From assembly GCA_951406725.2 (NCBI GenBank), contig OX597823.1, positions 118,048,001 through 118,112,000 of the forward strand: a stretch of 64,000 bases of DNA, in the 5' to 3' direction. Positions 25,004 to 38,175 of the stretch are shown piece by piece; within the stretch, counting starts at the first letter, position 1; each line of letters begins with the position of its first letter. The notes under the pieces are model-generated. The model made no database searches, was not told the origin of the DNA, and saw nothing but the letters and a program-made list of their open reading frames with translations. The stretch comes from Octopus vulgaris (Eukaryota). The translations under genes and the position numbers were made by a program.

Positions 25004-25251
25004 TCATCATCATCATCGTTTAACGTCCGTTTTCCTTGCTAGCATGGGTTGGACGGTTCGACTGGGGTCTGGGAAGCCAGGAGGCTGCACCAGGCTCCAG
25101 TCTGATCTGGCAGTATTTCTACATCTGGATGCCCTTCCTAACACCAACCACTCCGTGAGTGTAGTGGGTGCTTTTTACATGCCACCGGCACAGGTGCCAG
25201 AGGAGGCTGGCAACGGCCACGATCAGTTGGTTCTTTTTACATGCCACCAGC

Positions 25252-25253
<2 letters not shown>
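25004..25253 (-). mobile_element. RTE-clade LINE 3' UTR fragment
   Basis: Closely matches the tails at 23117 and 17622; inserted in (TA)n. Confidence 0.9.
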
Positions 25254-25314
<61 letters not shown>

Positions 25315-25519
25315 ATACACACACACACACACATACATATATACACATGCATATATATATATATATACACACACATACATATATATATATTATATACATA
25401 TATGTTAATTAGAAGATATATTAACCTCTAAAAGGGATGATTATGTCTAAGAAAACACTGGTTCTAAACCTAATATTTTTGGAAAATAAAATTTCCCTAA
25501 ATCAATAGGTATATATTAT

Positions 25520-25660
25520 GCATATAATCTGTATTCAGTAAATAGAAGAAAAGAAAAATGAAGAGTTGAAAAATATCATCCAGGAAAAAATATACAATAG
25601 AAGATTACATGTTGACCTCTCCATTTTCTTTTCTTCTATCAATTGAATACAGATCATATA
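25520..25660. repeat. Decayed foldback, about 50-bp inverted arms
   Basis: atataatctgtattcagtaaatagaagaaaagaaaaatg versus cattttcttttcttctatcaattgaatacagatcatat. Confidence 0.6.
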
Positions 25661-25662
25661 TA

Positions 25663-26497
25663 TCTATATATATAAAACTCAACTTGTGTGTCTGTGTGAG
25701 TATCTGTGTGCGTGTCTGTGTGTTTAACTTCCCAGCACATCTCCTCCTAGCCAACAAATCGTAGAACCACCAAAATGGGTCACTTAAAGTTTAGGCGAAT
25801 GAAAATTGAACTGCACTATTTCTGTTCCGAAATTCATCTCACAAGTGCAAAAATCGATAATGTGTTTGTTTAGGCCTTATCCCATGCATTGAATAGTAAA
25901 CTTTACTCAGTCAGCTGTTTGATGTGAACTGTGTTCACCACATGAGCAAGCATACGTAAATTGCATGAAAAATAAAAAATCAAGATATAAAAACGAATCG
26001 CCGTAAACATTGTAGAAATTCGGCAAAGAAATGAATTTTCGGGATGTAGCCTGGAGGGTTTTTTCGTATTAATCGTTTAGATTTTGTGAACACATACCAA
26101 TTGTTTTCATAACATTTTTAATGCTTTGAATTAAATGTGACCATTTTGCGTTGAGTCTGCAGTTTGAATCACTTTAACCAAATTTTAGCAGGCTGGATTT
26201 TTGATCATCACAATACATCACCAGCGACTCCCTGAAACTCTCCCCTGAAATCCCCGTTGAGAAATACTGATCTAAAAGAATAATTCAACAATGCAATTAT
26301 TTGATCAACAAAAATTTATGAAACGCTTCTACGTACTTCCTATTGAGGAAATGGGACACATAAGCGCAAAAATAGAGGGCATTAAATGCTTGATTTTAAA
26401 ACCAAAATAATTGAATTTTGATTGAACTTCATCCAAGTTTAGCTTAATTTGCACGTGCATAGAATGCACGAGCACACGAGCTGGGCAATACTGCTAG
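25663..26497 (+). mobile_element. Non-autonomous Helitron family H2, full length
   Basis: A|TCTATATATATAAAAC start, subterminal GC-rich segment and ...ACTGCTAG|T end in an AT target. Confidence 0.85.
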
Positions 26498-26539
26498 TAT
26501 ATATATATATATATATAAGAATTTACCAAAAAAAAAAAA

Positions 26540-29050
26540 AATGAACAAGGAGCTGCTATGTTTTTATCATTGCCTCTTTACATCCATTAATGTTCACACT
26601 AGCTGACATCCATTGATCTTTGTAAAGACTTTGAATTCAAGCTTATAACCAATATCTTCAGAACGACAAAATGAGAATATACAAGCCATTTAAAGAATTT
26701 TATTCTTGCAAAAATCTTTTAGATATAAGTTTGAATTACTTCTTCATCCAGTATGAATTTCATTATATCAAAAAAAAAAAAAAAAAAAAAAACTATTGCA
26801 ATTTACAACTGCTTTATCTGAAGATGTTCAAGCATTCTGTTATATATGTTCGTTTATCAGAAGGAAATGAAAAGCTGACGTACCACATGTTCTCATGTAA
26901 TTTATGAAGGCATGAAAGACACCCTCAAGAAGGCATTTGAAGATATTTCAATGAGTGAGTGTGTTGTACAAAACTGCAGATTATGAGTCAGAGACTGTAA
27001 GCTTTAACTACTCCAGATCTGATGGAGGGAGAGGGTGTAAGCAATTTTACAGAGAGAAAGAGTGTGAGAGAATGAGAGGCAACAGTTAATCGTATTGTAA
27101 TATAAGGTCAAATCCCTCAAACAGTGAGATAATGGATAATGACATGCTTCAAATGTAAATCCATTATTTTGCTAGGGACTGTAATATGAAGCATGTTAAG
27201 GCAGTCGTAGAATCTGATCAGGTGTATGTAACTTTATTCCATGTTGAAATACCTTATGAAGATATTCTGATAATGACACTGAGTGACATGTCTACTTCTG
27301 TGAAAGATATTTATTATGGCTAGTGATAAACTCTGCTTTATTTGTACAATTACTGGAGGATGCTAGTTAAAAGTGATGGGAGAAAAGACTTGATTAAGAT
27401 TAGTAAATCTGTCAAGCTTCTGTTAATGGAGAGGCAATAAATTCCCTGTAAGATAATCAAGTTTCCAGTTACTATAGAAGGTATCAGAGTTTACACTGAA
27501 GCTGACTTTGAGAAAACTGATTTACCTTTTTTTATTTTAAGCCAAAGAACTACAAAAACTGATGGAACAAAGTTGGAATTTAAAAGGATTGTGGTTGGAT
27601 TTGAGGTTGATCTGTCAAACTGAAAACCACGTTGTCTGGTGATTATTGTGTTCATTGAACTAAGAAAGTGTTAATAAATTGCAATATCCAAACATTGTAT
27701 TACATGTAAAAAACAAAAGAAAAAGAATATTAAAATAGTGCTCCAGAGAAGAAGAAAGTGAAGGAGGGGGCTAATAATATTCACTGCCAGATTGCTCATG
27801 CTTCTAAGGAGAAACTAGTGACCTTTGATACAAAGAGTAGGACCTTCAAGGATGATGAATTATTAGAACTAGTCAAATAAATTTGTGATACTTGTTTGAT
27901 TTGTTTTAAGTTCAGAAGACCTCCACTGAGAACAATGGTGGGATTGCCTCATAGGAATAAGCTCAGAGATACACTTTGTCTTGATCTGAATTCTGCATCT
28001 TAATGATGCTGATATTTGATTCTTCTCTGCCAGTTTAATTAAAACAAAGAAAATAGAAGAGATCATAAGGAATATGTTTTTCAGGGGCATATATTCTGAG
28101 TGTGATAGATGTGTGCTGCACATCCATCTAAAATGGCAAATTCATTATATATATTAACCTTACTCATTAATTTAATCACAAATCTTAATGGAAAACTTCT
28201 GTTATACCCCTGCTTGAAATTTGGTAGCACTGGATGTGGCAGCACACCCAATGCAACAACCATCATAGTTAAACTATGATTATTACAGAAAAACGAATGA
28301 GAAACATTGAAACTTGTACTACAGCTGTAGACGGTTCATTTAGTAATGGTACTGTAGAGCATCATGATAAGATAGCAGCAGAAATAATGCAGAAATTATT
28401 TGTTGATGAGAAGCGTGAGCAAGAGAGTCCTGGCAAATGTTAACACTTCATCATTAGTTCTGATTGACTAGTTACCTGCTCTGAAATCCCAAACAACTAG
28501 TGATATAGAATAAATGCTCTTCATGCGGAAAGAAACATTTTCATGGAAGCTGTGGTTAGTGAAAAAATACAGAGAGTATTGAAATCTAAAGTGAGGAGTT
28601 ACACCAATGAAGATTTTGTTGCTGCTGACCAGATCTATTATAGAAGACAAAACTTTAAAGGTTTACACAGTCCTTTTAAGATGTTGAGCAGAGAAGATCA
28701 GTTTGTATTAATTAGGTATAGAAGGCGGCGAGCTGGCAGAATCGTTAGCACGCCGGACGAAATGCTCAGCGGTATTTCGTCTGCCGTTACGTTGTGAGTT
28801 CAAATTCCGCTGAGGTTGACTTTGCCTTTCATCTTTTTGGGGTTGATAAATTAAGTACCAGTTACACACTGGGGTCGATGTAATCGACTTAATACCTATG
28901 TCTGTCCTTGTTTGTCCCCTCTATGTTTAGCCCCTTGTGGGTAATAAAGAAATAAGTATGGAAGATCACTTCACAGAATGTGTTCATGTCAAATGATAAA
29001 AGTGTGCAAGAACATAAAGGAAGTTTGAATCAGAGAACCTAAAAGAAAGG
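26540..29050 (+). mobile_element. Heavily decayed Ty1/Copia-like (GalEa-type) internal region including integrase
   Basis: IHCQIAHASKEKLV (HH of the integrase Zn finger), CTTAVDGSFSNGTVEHHDKIAAEIMQK (SNG..ER motif), and FMEAVVSEKIQRVLKSKVRSY...QIYYRR...QFVLIRY|GRSLHRMCSCQMIKV, which rejoins across a SINE. No LTRs seen. Confidence 0.7.
28721..28956 (+). mobile_element. SINE family B inserted in the Copia-like integrase
   Basis: Full head and core with a TSD-like gtat(a/g)gaag. Confidence 0.9.
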
Positions 29051-30359
29051 TGGAAGATATAGATAAATACAGATGTAGTGAAAGAACAGTATGAAGATCT
29101 ATGTAACAAGAAAGAGGGAAATCCTGGCTACGTGATCAAGAAATTCACTTCAGAACCTTGTAGTTAGGGGCACAATCTCACTGTCTGAACGTTGTTGGTT
29201 GGTGTTCTCCACTATTTAGTGTATGTCATAAAGGAAATATGGTAGAAAGAAACTGAAAGCACCCTATCGTGTGCGCGCGCATGTATGTATGTATTTATGT
29301 AGCGGTATACTTCTGCTTCTTAACACTATACATCTACATAAGATACTTTCTCAAGACAAATATTGCCGTTTTTTTTGTTTTCTACAGTATATCCACACTA
29401 AATAAGATACTGCTTCTGCCGCTAATAATAAATATGTGTACTTGTATGTGACTAAGTGTGTATTCCTTTCATCTTAACATATGTGTTGATTATAAACAAG
29501 GTCTCACTGTTCATACAAACTATCACTTTGTTTGCAGTCCTCTACAAAAGCATGTCTGGGCTGTTGTTTGATTGTCTGGGGAATTATTAACTTGCTTAGA
29601 AACAGATAAGGGCTAGTATCCGGAAGAGCATAGAAAATTCAGCCATAATGAAGTCTCATCTGATCCACACGATCAAGGAAGAGTAGATGTTAAAATAATG
29701 ATGATGAGACAATATAAAAAATAACAATATAAAGTACCTTACATACATGTGAAACAATACAAATACCTTACTTCACACATAAAAGTCTAAAGCTCCTTAC
29801 ACATAGCATAGGGTACATCACACACATGACTATATATGTGGGAGAGTCTATGTGGTCACTCTACTTGCTAGAAGCAGTAGACAAATTCTACTCAAACAAC
29901 ACTTTACTATCTTAAAAGAAACAAAGGATACATTGGATAATGCACTCTGAAAATAAGATGGGATGGCCATGATTAATGATATTTAATAGTAAATAATGGT
30001 AATCTTTTATAACTAAAGGTAAATTAATGGCAGTCAATTATCATAATCATCATCATCCTCATCTAACATCTGTGTTCCATGCTAGCATGGTTTAAATATA
30101 ATTAATTTGAATGTAAAAAATAAGGTAAAATAAATATTCTGCTTTATTATTTATTTTACTTTATTTCTTATTTATATTCAAATTAAGCCATTAACCCTCA
30201 TGCACACCCAAAAATAAAAATAAAATATCCTGATAATGATCATAACTGACCTGCATCTAACAGTATTAGGTATCTTACATTCACACATGATGCTAACCAT
30301 TCACACATATTTACACATGCATCACCATCACCATTTAACATCCACTTCTCTATGCTTGA

Positions 30360-30640
30360 TAGACAGAGAGAGATAGATAAATAGATAGATAGATAGACAG
30401 AGAGAGAGAGAGAGAGAGAGATAGACAGACAAATTGATAGATAGATAGATAGACACAGTCACTAGGTAAAAAGAGAGACAGGTAAATTTATTGATAGACT
30501 AGCAGTCACATTGACAGAGAGGTAACGTGCATATGGCACATACATAAATACGTGTGTATGTGTGTGTGTGCGCGTGTGTGAGTGCGTGTGTGTGCGTGTG
30601 TGTGTGTGTGTGCGTGTGTGTGTGCGCGCGTGTGTGTGTA
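30360..30640. repeat. (GATA)n/(GA)n and (GT/GC)n microsatellites
   Basis: Directly visible. Confidence 0.85.
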
Positions 30641-30938
30641 GACCGTTCGATTTTACGTCGGTTTTTCGATGCCAACTCAGCTGAAACCTCTTATCAAGAC
30701 AGATTTTGTATGATTGATTCCATATGAGATGTTCCTTTTTTGCTTTTCCTTTAATTCCACTGGTCCTAATACGCCCAAAGCCTTAACTGCAGAATTTTTG
30801 TTTATCGGTAATTGTAAACAAAGATACCGTTTTTACTAACTCAGTATGAATGAGGAAACGTAGATCCACCCGGAAACGTAGATCCACCCGCACCACACAT
30901 TTTTCAGTGGCGCAGGTAAAGAATACGGCCGAATAATG

Positions 30939-31234
30939 CAGTTTCGCAACTCTCTTTGAAAAATGCATTTTTTTTAAAACATTTTTTTCGGATTCCTACG
31001 TTTTAGATGTCGGAGATTACGAATATGCAAAACAATTTTTTTTTTTTTAATTTGCATTTTACTCTTGTTTGCTTTAAATAATCGTAAATAATAATATAAT
31101 GTAAATTAAACATACACCATTTTATGAGAAACAAACATTAACATTTAATAATTAATGTTATAAAATTTAATAGGAATCTGAAAATAAAAAAACTTTTCAA
31201 AAACATGCATTTTTCAAAGAGAGGTGTGAAACTG
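30939..31234. mobile_element. MITE-like element with about 35-bp inverted ends
   Basis: cagtttcgcaactctctttgaaaaatgcat ... atgcatttttcaaagagaggtgtgaaactg. No clear TSD. Confidence 0.6.
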
Positions 31235-31599
31235 TCCCCAGAATATGTACACCACCCGTTTTCGGCGCAACGAAAACCCTAACCCTAAACATCAGGTGTA
31301 CGTATTCTTTACTTTTGCCCTTCTCACTTACCGTCCATCACTTCTATTCATAAAACATTGTTTTGGCCGACACTCGCCCACGGTGCCGCGCAGTAGGACT
31401 GAAACCAAAACTATGTGATTGTGAAGCAAACTTTGCAATCACATGGCTATGCCTACGCCCGCAACGTATGAGTGTATTTATTAAAACAATGACTTCAACA
31501 AAATATAATCTGGTTCGTCCAAGCACTTTGGGTTCTCCATTCTTAGTATCCTAAACATGAATAAGTAACTCCAAGGTCTGTGCACCTGTCTGCCCCATT

Positions 31600-31654
31600 C
31601 CTATGTATGTATGTATGTATGTATGTACGAATGGATGGATGGATAGATAGATAT

Positions 31655-31712
<58 letters not shown>

Positions 31713-31730
31713 TGATTGATTGATTGATTG
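31600..31730. repeat. Compound tetranucleotide microsatellite (TATG/TGGA/GATA/GATT)
   Basis: Directly visible. Confidence 0.95.
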
Positions 31731-32217
31731 AGAAATTAGATATTGAGAGAGAGGAAGACATCAATAGATAGGGAGAAAGAAAGAAAGACAGGCGGCATCC
31801 CATATCATTCATCCCATTAGAATAGTCAAAAAAAGATCTTACTTACTGTTAGTTGCTTGTAAAGGAATCTGCGGTAAGTTATTCAATGGTTGGAAACTGA
31901 TGATGTTTGTAGTAGAGAGATGTTAGGCGTGGAGGTGGTGGAATAGCATTGGCGTAGTGATGGCCATGGTAGCGGTACTTCTAACGGTGGTGATGGTGGT
32001 GGTGTGGGGTTTCCTGCTGACAATCTTAATGTGATAATACTTGCAGTAATGTTGATAGTATGGTGGTGGTGATGGCGGCGGCGGCGGTGATGGTGATGGT
32101 TGGCTGGTACTGGAGTTGATATAGCAGAGATGGCGATTTTAGTGGTGGCCTAACAGTGGGTACTGTTATTAATAATGACTGGCTATTTGGTAGTATTAGT
32201 TTTGTCAGAGTATATAG

Positions 32218-32398
32218 TGCGGATCTTTTCGCTTTGACCGGCAGATTTTTTTAATAATTTCTTTGTAAATAAAAACTTTTAAACTTCGTCTACGGGTAGA
32301 ATGTGTGGATCTTTTCCTTTTGAACGGCACATGTCAACACAATTTCTAGTTAACTAAACACTTTAAAACTTCGTATACTGGTAGGGAAAAGATCCACA
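32218..32398. mobile_element. Small MITE-like element
   Basis: Inverted ends gcggatcttttc / gaaaagatccac with an internal duplicated unit (ggatcttttc..tttga.cggca...ctttaaaacttcgt). Confidence 0.5.
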
Positions 32399-32517
32399 TC
32401 ATACACATGATGACGTCTCTGGGATCACTGACCTGGGATGACTCCAGCCCTATCAAGCAAGTACATGAAGCAGCAGTAGCAGTTATTAACATGACTTGTA
32501 CATAATTTATGTACGAT

Positions 32518-32960
32518 GGCGCAGGAGTGGCTGTGTGGTAAGTAGCTTGCTAACCAACCACATGGTTCCGGGTTCAGTCCCACTGCGTGGCATCTTGGGC
32601 AAGTGTCTTCTGCTATAGCCCCGGGCCGACCAATGCCTTGTGAGTGGATTTGGTAGACGGAAACTGAAAGAAGCCTGTCGTATGTATGTATGTGTGTGTG
32701 TGTGGGGGGGGGGTATGTATGTATGTATGTATGTATGTATGTATGTATGTATGTGTGTATGTATGTATGTTTGTGTGTCTGTGTTTGTCCCCCTAGCATT
32801 GCTTGACAACCGATGTTGGTATGTTTACGTTCCCGTCACTTAGCGGTTCGGCAAAAGAGTAGGATAAAATAAGTACTGGGCTTACAAAGTATAAGTCCCG
32901 ACTAAAGGTGGTGCTCCAGCATGGCCGCAGTCAAGTGACTGAAACAAGTAAAAGAGTAAA
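32518..32960 (+). mobile_element. SINE family A, full length
   Basis: tRNA-like head with A box (tggctgtgtgg) and B box (ggttcagtccc), internal microsatellite and tail gtaaaagagtaaa. Confidence 0.92.
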
Positions 32961-33926
32961 CGAGATGGCATTACATATTCATAAAAAAAAGTTTTATTCA
33001 ATTTCTGAAGCAAAAAATAGAAATTAAGTCATTCGTTTGACATTGCATGTATTTGTTGAATACACCTTACACAATATTTTGGTATTAAATGTCTATTCAT
33101 CATGTTTAATGTTGATGACTAAGACGAGTATTCCAGCCGAAATTCTGTCACAACCTTGAGATTCCCTGACATTTTTTTTTTCTGACTTTTCTTTTCCTGG
33201 ATTCCTGAATTCAGTCAAAAGAAAACAATAATGTTTAACAATTTTAACGCTTTTGTTACCAACCTGGCTGAAACTGCCCCTGGCTCTAAGCACAAATGTG
33301 GAAGTTTTGAATTAAAATCTTCCACCAAACCTTAGTCACAATTTATGTTCCTAATGATAATTAAGTTATTTCACCAAATTCTTTGTTATATTTAAAGTAA
33401 CTGAAACACAGAGCATCTCAAAATATATACAGTAATTAAAGGGTTAATAGCATTTACAACAAAAACAGAATATTGTACATTAATAAAAGGAAATCTAATT
33501 CTTATTGTAAACTCGTGTGTGTGTGTGTACATATTTGTATGTGTGTGTGTGTGTCCATATAGGCGGACGTCAGGGATAGGTAGCACACAAGTTGGAATTT
33601 CTCTGTTTTGACGGAGATTTTTCAGATTTTTTTCTTCAAGGCGCTCTTGGAAATGATGGGGAACATCCTTTTAGCAAAAAAAATTTTCGAAATTTGATTT
33701 TTTTAAATACCCTTACCACATTCTGACTAAACTAAACAGAGCAGGAAGAGACACGTGAGATGGAGAGTTGAAGAAGAGGTCACAGGTGTGAGACGAAAGA
33801 TTTCCAGACAATGGACAAAGAATAAAAACAACAATAAACAAAGAACGAATATATATGTTTATTTGCTAAAAAATATGACCGTCCCGACTTCTCATCAGGA
33901 ATCTTGCAAAACAAATTCATAAATGA

Positions 33927-33984
<58 letters not shown>

Positions 33985-34515
33985 GCACAGGCGTGGCTGT
34001 GTGGTAAGAAGTTTGCTTCCCAACCACAGTTGTATAAAATATACAACTGTTCCCCTACTTTTGGATCACCCTGTATATACTTTCTTGCCAACTCCATAGA
34101 AGGGAGAAAACCATGAATTCAGAATTAAGATACCAAGAGTAGTCTCCCATAGCTCTCTACTTTAACTTCGGTGTTTTTTAATTTTTTTATATTGTCTAGA
34201 CATTTGCCCGAGATTAAAAATCAGATGTGTGTGAGTGTTAATATTTTTTTCTGTTAACAAAAATATACAAAAATGTCCAATATGTGAAAACTGGAGCAAC
34301 AAATTTTCCTAGAATTAGTATGCTGCTCATAATATATTGGAAACTAAAAGCAGGAAATATTTAGCTTAAAGTTATCCCTAATGAAGCAAGACGGATGATC
34401 AAACGCATTTCAGGAGTAGCTTTACCATTTCTTTCTTTTCTTTTCCTTTTTCTAGATGTAAGTTTATCTAGGATTACAGTAGCCAAGGGGTACATTTTTT
34501 ATTTTATTGTATTTA

Positions 34516-34893
34516 CTAGCAGTATCGCCCGGCATTGCTCGGGTTTGTTTCGACCCTTTAGAATTGCAATTTTTGAAAAGTAAAAATTTTGCATTATATA
34601 GCTTGTTATTCTCTTTAAGTGAACATTTTTCTGGTTGAAATACACCGAAAAATGGCGACACTGCGGTCAGAAAATCGTAAAAAGTAGGGATTTTCATAGA
34701 AAAAAAAAGCACCTTTTTGATGCAAATAATTTTTGGTGTTAACATGGTCCGATTTGAATTTTTTCTTCTACGGAATGAAGAGCAAATCTTCTTTATCATA
34801 CTCTCAATTTTGGTCAATTTGCGCCGCAGGGTCTCGGAGGAGATAGTGTTAGTTGAAGGCATACACAGACAACTTCAGCTTTATATATAGAGA
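34516..34893 (-). mobile_element. Non-autonomous Helitron family H1, near full length
   Basis: Reverse strand reads A|TC...cccgagcaatgccgggcgatactgCTAG|T. Confidence 0.9.
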
Positions 34894-36198
34894 TTTATTT
34901 ATTGCTACAATATTTTTTGTAAGAGATTTTGGTGCAATTTCTGACAACTCCAGCGAGCACATAAAGGCACGTTAGCTGTTTATAGGTGTACTATGAGATT
35001 AACGATATTAATCTAGTCCAAATCCCATATCCACCAATACACACCAGTGCCTTTACTTGTATATTTAGTTATTCATGTTGACTGTTTTATAAAATCAGTG
35101 GAACGCCGGACAAAATGTCTTGCAAGTTTAGTTTTAAATCAGACCCGATCAAGTAATCCACTTTTGATTTTCGTCCATTTTAATGGATATAAAACATTAT
35201 TTTAAAATATTTTTAATGTCACAAAGAGATAAAGATCATCACTTTCACATAAAAAGGTAGTAAAATTTATTTTTTAAAAATCAAAGTCACCAAGAATAAA
35301 TATCAGCGGTAGTCTGGCTCCAAAAACTGAAAACAGCTTTATCACCAAACTAAACCTCTGAATCTACACAGATTCTGTACGTTAGTGGTCGATCACATCA
35401 CGGTGTATGCAGAATGCATTAAGTTGAAATATTGTGAACGAAAGAAGAAACAGAGGAAGGATTTTCTTTTCAGATATAGAAATAATATTTATGCTTACTA
35501 AATTTATATTGGATTTGCTACAAGCTCAAAGAGAAATGGCTAGGGAAAATGTTAATAGAAGTGAAGAGTAGAAATGTATTTTTAGTAAACGAAATCTCTT
35601 AAATTTTGTGTTTGTGTATAAGTATTATTCTTTGGATGTATGTTGTGGGAATGTTATAGTTGAATTTTTGACAGAATAAATGTATGACAAAATGTGTCCC
35701 GTTCTTACAAGTTCTTCTAAGTCTGTAAAAACAACTATGCACTTGTGTACAAGTTTATGAACTTGATGAAAGCAATATCTGAGAACTCTCTCTCTTTCTC
35801 TCTGTGCGTGCATGCGAAGTTCTCTAGTATAAGAGAAAGGTATTTCCTAAAAGCAATTGGCGAGAGTAATACTTTCTATTTTATATTTGAGGTTACTTTT
35901 TATCTGTTCCTAGACGCGTGGACACAGATAATCTATTTCAGGAAATTCTCGGTTAACAGTCTTGACAGGCCGAAACCACATTGACAACAGAGAACTATTT
36001 CCATGCAGTTAAAATAAATGTGATGAAAAGCCAAGATCCATCACTCATTGTTCAAAAGTGGCCAGTGGGACGAAAATTGAGGTTTCAAATTCTTGCCCGG
36101 ACTTCCTGTTACATCTTTTGCCTCTCATGGCCTTAGACTTGTCTTTTGCATGAAGCGATATGGTTTCAGCTTTTTAGTACACCTATAGTACATTTCTT

Positions 36199-36697
36199 GG
36201 AAAGACTTCCGTCCATCCCCCACCCCATTTTCTCCCCAATTTTTTTTTTTTTTTTTTACAAAAACCCCTGTTTTCGGATACGGAGGTTTCAGAAAATTGC
36301 CAAAAATCGGCATTGTGAAATTCCTCCCCTCAATTCTTCAATTTTAATTTTTTTCCCCAAAACTAACCCTAACCCTAACCGTAACTACAGAAATGTTTTG
36401 AAATTTTTGTCCGTATTTTCCCACATATTTTGAAAAAAAAAAAAATTCTTAAAAACAATTTTACAATAATTTTTGGAAATTTTTTTCAGAATCATAATTT
36501 CCGTATTTTTCTGCATATTTTTTTTTTTTAAATTCTGAAAAGGTTTTTTTAATTGGTGGGTGGGTGGGGTAATTTAAAAATGCCAATTTTTGCCAATTTT
36601 TTTGCAGATTCGTATTCCTCGTAGCCGAAAAGGGGGTTTGCATCGAAATTTTTTTTTTTTTAAGGGTGGTTTGGAGGGGACGGGCTGAAATATTTCC
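36199..36697. mobile_element. Long foldback MITE with central (CCCTAA)n-like motif
   Basis: Imperfect inverted arms (ggaaag..ccgtcc / ggacgg..tttcc; aaacccct..ttttcgg / ccgaaaaggggg; aaaatcggcatt / aatgccaatttt) and ctaaccctaaccctaacc at about 36363-36380. Confidence 0.6.
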
Positions 36698-37067
36698 CGT
36701 GATATAACACCATGATCATGTCCAAGTTGTTATAAGCCGCCAACATGTCCAAAGAAATTAAGGGTTCGATAATCAGGATGAGAACGTCAGTATAAGTATT
36801 ATCAGAAATTATCAGAAAGCCATTTCTTCTTTCAGTCAGCTTCCAAAGTTTCACTGTTCCTTTATAATTCTCCCTGATTAGATTTTGCGATGCGCATAGC
36901 TACGTCATTTTCCGTAAGTTGATCTGCAGCCAGTCCAACCATTCTTTCAGACTTGGGCATTGTCTTATATATAGTTCAAAATAACAATTTTCACGATGTG
37001 TCAGCACTGTTAATAATCCGTAGAAATTTCACTCATTGTATTGGATCACTTGAACTCGCGAATTATA

Positions 37068-37279
37068 TCTCTTTTACTTGTTTCAGTCATTTGACTGTGG
37101 CCATGCTGGAGCACCGCCTTCAGTCGAGCAAATCGACCCCAAGACTTATTCTTTGTAAGCCTAGTACTTATTCTATCGGTCCCTTTTGCCGAACCGCTAA
37201 GTTACGGAGACGTAAACACACTAGCATCGGTTGTCAAGCGATGTTGGGGGGGGGGACAAACACAGATGCACAAACGTAT

Positions 37280-37310
<31 letters not shown>

Positions 37311-37480
37311 CACATATATACGACAGGCTTCTTTCAGTTTCCATCTACCAAATCCACTCACACGGCTTTGGTCGGCCCGAGGCTATAGTAGAAGACACTT
37401 GCCAAAGGTGCCACGCAGTGGGACTGAACATGGAACCATGTGGTTAGTAAGCAAGCTACTTACCACACAGCCACTCCTAC
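37068..37480 (-). mobile_element. SINE family A, full length, CpGs retained
   Basis: Reverse complement of the 32518 copy. Confidence 0.92.
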
Positions 37481-37812
37481 GATATTTTGTTGAATTCTTC
37501 TCTGATTGAGAACCGACATAAACCTTTGCTCGTTATAGCGCTAGTGCAATATAAAATCAGTGTAAAGGCAAAAGTATGCTAGTGCTTTGGGCAAACCTTG
37601 AGTCAGAGCCTTTCCAGTCATGACTACGATATGTAATCTTCTATCCTTTCACCCCTTCAAAACGTTACGATGTAATTTGGAGATTTTCCTCTTTAAAATA
37701 TTTAATACCCATGGATCTGTTCAAGCTATGAGACTGAAAAGGTCTAAATATGAAACATACCGTGAATCGATTCAATCAATATTTTTCTACGAAATTGTAA
37801 CATTTAATTTAT

Positions 37813-38149
37813 GGAGATGTACTTGCATAGCAAGTGACCTGATGTGAGATCATGTGCTGGAACGAAAACAATTGCAGTGTGGAAGGTGTTTATAAACCTT
37901 TTAAGAAACACACAAAAACCGTTAGATTCACTTCAACATTTAAATTTAATATGTCAAAATATTTTCGTCGCTTTGAGACCGCGACCTGTTCACTGACAAA
38001 ACTATGCAGCACGAAGTTTTGTCAGTGAACAGGTCGCGGTCTCAAAACGACGAAAATATTTTGACAAATTAAATTTAAATGTTGAAGTGAATCTAACGGT
38101 TTTTGTGTGTTTCTTAAATGGCTTATAAACACCTTCCACGCTGCAATTG
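37813..38149. mobile_element. Palindromic element family P1, best-preserved copy
   Basis: Arms from 37869 to about 38001 and from about 38017 to 38149 are nearly exact reverse complements, with a hammerhead-like motif in each. Confidence 0.85.
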
Positions 38150-38175
38150 GGACATTTAAGCAATATAAGAAATCA

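Noticed and set aside
36700-36960. Possible further mariner-like remnant or exon on the minus strand
   Set aside because: Only a faint HPDYRTLNFF resemblance to SPDLNPLDFF, with stops in all frames; too weak to call.
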